From assembly GCF_004010195.1 (NCBI RefSeq), contig NC_057757.1, positions 2,185,940 through 2,224,679 on the forward strand: a stretch of 38,740 nucleotides of DNA, given 5' to 3'. The notes beneath the pieces were generated by a model, which ran no database searches, was not told where the DNA came from, and saw nothing but the letters and a program-made list of their open reading frames with translations. This document shows, piece by piece, positions 35,760-38,740 of this stretch; the first letter of the stretch is position 1, and each line of letters begins with the position of its first letter. This DNA is from Chiloscyllium plagiosum. Taxonomy: Eukaryota. Position numbers and translations under genes: made by a program.

Positions 35760-35936
35760 GGAGACATTGAGGACCGCAGATGCTGGAGATCACAGTCGAG
35801 AGAGTGGTGCTGGAAAAGCACAGCAGGTCAGGCAGCAACTCAGGAATCCAGATGAAGGGCTTCTGCCCGAAACGCCGATTCTCCTGCTCCTCAGTTGCTG
35901 CCTGACCTGCTGTGCTTTTCCAGCACCACTCTCTCA
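35760..35936. mobile_element. Short fold-back Penelope-derived element inserted in a SINE
   Basis: Inverted arms GAGAGAGTGGTGCTGGAAAAGCACAGCAGGTCAGGCAGCAAC and its complement. Mutated hammerhead AATC-CAGATGA-AGGGCTTCTGCCC-GAAACGCC-GATT at 35845-35880. TAATACCAC occurs at 35749-35757 and 35941-35949. Confidence 0.7.
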
Positions 35937-36225
35937 GCCATAATACCACTCAGCCATTGCCTTCCCCTAGAACTGTTACTGTTACTCTCTGCCTATTTTT
36001 CTGATCTGCCTTCTGGATGAGATGGGACTTGAGCTTCCCAGTCCAGGGGTAGGGACACCACCACTGTTTTATCACACAGTTAATGTTGCATCCACATTGC
36101 CCCTGCCACGTCCAGCTATTGTACAACAATCCCTTCATTATCCTCAAACAATAATTACACTCGCTCTTATTCCCCTCATGGGCATCGATAAAAAGTCACA
36201 GAATCACAACCGCCCGCTGTGTCTT

Positions 36226-36298
36226 GTTTCTGTAGTGTAGTGGTCATCGCGTTCGTCTAAGACGCGAAAGGTCCCCAGTTCGAGACTAGGCAGAAACT
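36226..36298 (+). tRNA. tRNA-Val-derived gene or pseudogene with anticodon AAG
   Basis: 73 nt GTTTCTGTAGTGTAGTGGTCATCGCGTTCGTCTAAGACGCGAAAGGTCCCCAGTTCGAGACTAGGCAGAAACT, colinear with vertebrate tRNA-Val(AAC). Acceptor stem GTTTCTG/CAGAAAC pairs fully, anticodon arm is TTCGT-CTAAGAC-GCGAA, A and B boxes are present, and TTTT follows at 36321-36324. Confidence 0.85.
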
Positions 36299-36327
36299 GC
36301 TTTGTTCTTTAACTGCAGCCTTTTAAA

Positions 36328-36527
36328 GGGCAGCACGGTGGCACAGTGGTTAGCACTGCTGCCTCACAGCGCCAGAGACCTGGGTTCAATTCCCGCCTCA
36401 GGCGACTGACTGTGTGGAGTTTGCACGTTCTCCCCGTGTCTGCATGGGTTTCCTCCGGGTGCTCCGGTTTCCTCCCGCAGTCCAAAGATGTGCGGGTCAG
36501 GTGAATTGGCCATGCTAAATTGCCCGT
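36328..36527 (+). mobile_element. HE1 SINE 5' part, running into an assembly gap
   Basis: GGGCAGCACGGTGGCACAGTGGTTAGC head and central domain. Confidence 0.9.
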
Positions 36528-36699
36528 NNNNNNNNNNNNNNNNNNNNNNNNNNNNNNNNNNNNNNNNNNNNNNNNNNNNNNNNNNNNNNNNNNNNNNNNN
36601 NNNNNNNNNNNNNNNNNNNNNNNNNNNNNNNNNNNNNNNNNNNNNNNNNNNNNNNNNNNNNNNNNNNNNNNNNNNNNNNNNNNNNNNNNNNNNNNNNNN

Positions 36700-37345
36700 T
36701 TCAGCCTCTCCCTATAGTTCAAATCCTCCAACCCTGGCAACATCCTTGTAAATCTTTTCTGAACCTTTTCAAGTTTCACAACATCTTTCCGATAGGAAGG
36801 AGACCAGAATTGCACGCAATATTCCAACAGTGGCCTAACCAATGTCCTGGACAGCCGCAACATGACCTCGCAACTCCTGTACTCAATACTCTGACCAATA
36901 AAATGGCTCAATTGGCAGGCCTAACATATGATGAACGGCTGAGGATCCTGGGATTATATTCATTAGCGTTTAGAAGGTTGAGGGGAGATCAGATAGAAAC
37001 TTACATGATAATGCATGGCTTAGAAAGGGTGGACGCTGAGAATTTGTTTTCATTAGGTGGGGAGACTAACACCTGTGGGCACAGCCTTAGGATTAGAGTG
37101 GGTCAGTTTAAAATGGAAATGAGGAGCCAGAGATTGGTGGGCCGGTGGAATTCACTGCTACGGAGCGATTGGAGGCCGGGACGTTAAATGTCTTCAAGGC
37201 AGAGAGTGATAAATTGTTGATCTCGCAAGGAATTAAGGGATACAGGGAGAGTGTGGGTAAGTGGTGCTGAAATGCCCATCAGCCATGATTGAATGGCGGA
37301 GTGGACACGGTAGGCTGAATGGCTCCTATGTCTTATGGTCTAATT
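36700..37345. mobile_element. Opposed CR1-type LINE fragments (minus 36700-36900, plus 36905-37345)
   Basis: [15 protein letters not shown] (minus); YDERLRILGLYSL-RRLRGD (plus). Confidence 0.8.
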
Positions 37346-37616
37346 GATCTTGCCTCCACCACATGCTATACTCATTGTTCGTCAACCAATTTAACCATTT
37401 CTATTCTATTTGACAATTCTGTTCTATACCAAGTCCTCAGTTCTGCTAGGCAGCATTCAACTGGTCCTCTGTTTCCACAGTGAGCTGTTCTAAGACCATA
37501 GGAGGAGCAGAATTCGGCCATTCGGCCCATTTGAGTCTGCTCTGCCATTCAACCCCGGCTTTGTGCTCTGGTACGCACTTTGAGGTTCATGTTTGGAAGG
37601 GAATTGAATAAAGGCA

Positions 37617-37950
37617 GGGGAGGCAATGGCCAGTGGTATTATCGCTGGACTGTTAATCTAGTGGCTAATGGCCTGGGGACCCAGGTTCAAATCCCAGCAT
37701 GGCAAAATCGAGAATGGAGAGTCTAATGATGACCCTGAATCCATTGCTGATTGTTGGAAGAACCCATCTGGTTCACTAATGCACTTCAGGGAAGGAAACT
37801 GCCATCCTTACCTAGTCGGGCCTACATATGGCTCCAGACCCACAGCCAATATGGTTGACTCGTAACTGCCCTCTGGACAATTAGGGATGGGAATAAACGC
37901 TGGCCCAGTCAGTGGCGCCCTCATCCTGTAAATGAAATTTTTTAAAAAAT
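37617..37950 (+). mobile_element. tRNA-derived SINE of the second family
   Basis: Colinear with 29276-29612. Confidence 0.8.
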
Positions 37951-38740
37951 CTTCAATGAAGGGGTAATAATGCAGGGCTGTGGGGTAAGAGTAGGCAGAA
38001 CTAAGCGGATACCATTATCAAAGGGCTGGCACAGGCATTATGGGTTAAAAGGCCTCATTCTGGGATATAGGGTGTGACAGTAACTGTAACCTTACATGCT
38101 CCCAAAATTCAGCACAACGCTGGCGTCTGGAACATGGTACAAGCTGTGGCCATGAGATGTCAACCATGCTACTATGTCACACAGCTCTGTCCTTGGGTCC
38201 GTTTCACTGCCTGTGCTGAATTAGTGAATTCATTACCAGATGCACAGTATTTAACTCAGTCCGAGGTTAGGGCTGACAGCGGTATACATACCCGGGACTG
38301 ACAGGGCTGGTCTTGTATACAGACTGGGATGGGGGCAGGAGGGTGTAGGTTTCAAGATGCAATAGAATTGGTGAAGGCAAGAGGTATGAGGTAGAAGCAA
38401 GGGGCTAAGGCCGAGGTAGTCAAAAACTATATGTTTCGGGTCAGAGAGGGGATTGAACATGGCTGTGAGGCCCCTCAGAGGTGAATAGTCAAACGTTATG
38501 GTTAACAGAGCAAGGTAATGGAAGGGCTGCTGACATATCTGGAGGGAATATGTAAACATCCCCTGGCACACTCCCCAACCAAGGGAACACACACCCGCCT
38601 TAAATACTGTCACACCCGCCCCGCCCCTCGGGGACACCCACTGTAAATACTGACACACTACCCCCTACCCTCAGGGACCCACCCCTTTTAAACAGACACA
38701 CTACCCCCTACCCTCAGGTACCCCCCCCCATAAATACTGA

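Overview
Eukaryotic, repeat-rich vertebrate genomic DNA, almost certainly from an elasmobranch (shark). The inference rests on many HE1-type V-SINEs and HER1/CR1-type LINE fragments. Most ORFs in the track are decayed CR1 reverse-transcriptase pieces or noise. The only host coding sequence I can support is a minus-strand first exon of a type II membrane protein resembling TNFSF12/TWEAK (27062-26898), so most of 1-26897 is probably its intron(s). Other content: a 689-bp solo LTR with a 5-bp target-site duplication, a tRNA-Val-like gene whose anticodon reads AAG (Leu), several minisatellites and three assembly gaps. The most notable signal is a recurring set of Penelope-like element 3' ends and short fold-back derivatives carrying minimal hammerhead-ribozyme cores (CTGANGA...GAAACGTH). 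All family assignments come from recalled motifs, not database searches, and repeat boundaries are approximate.
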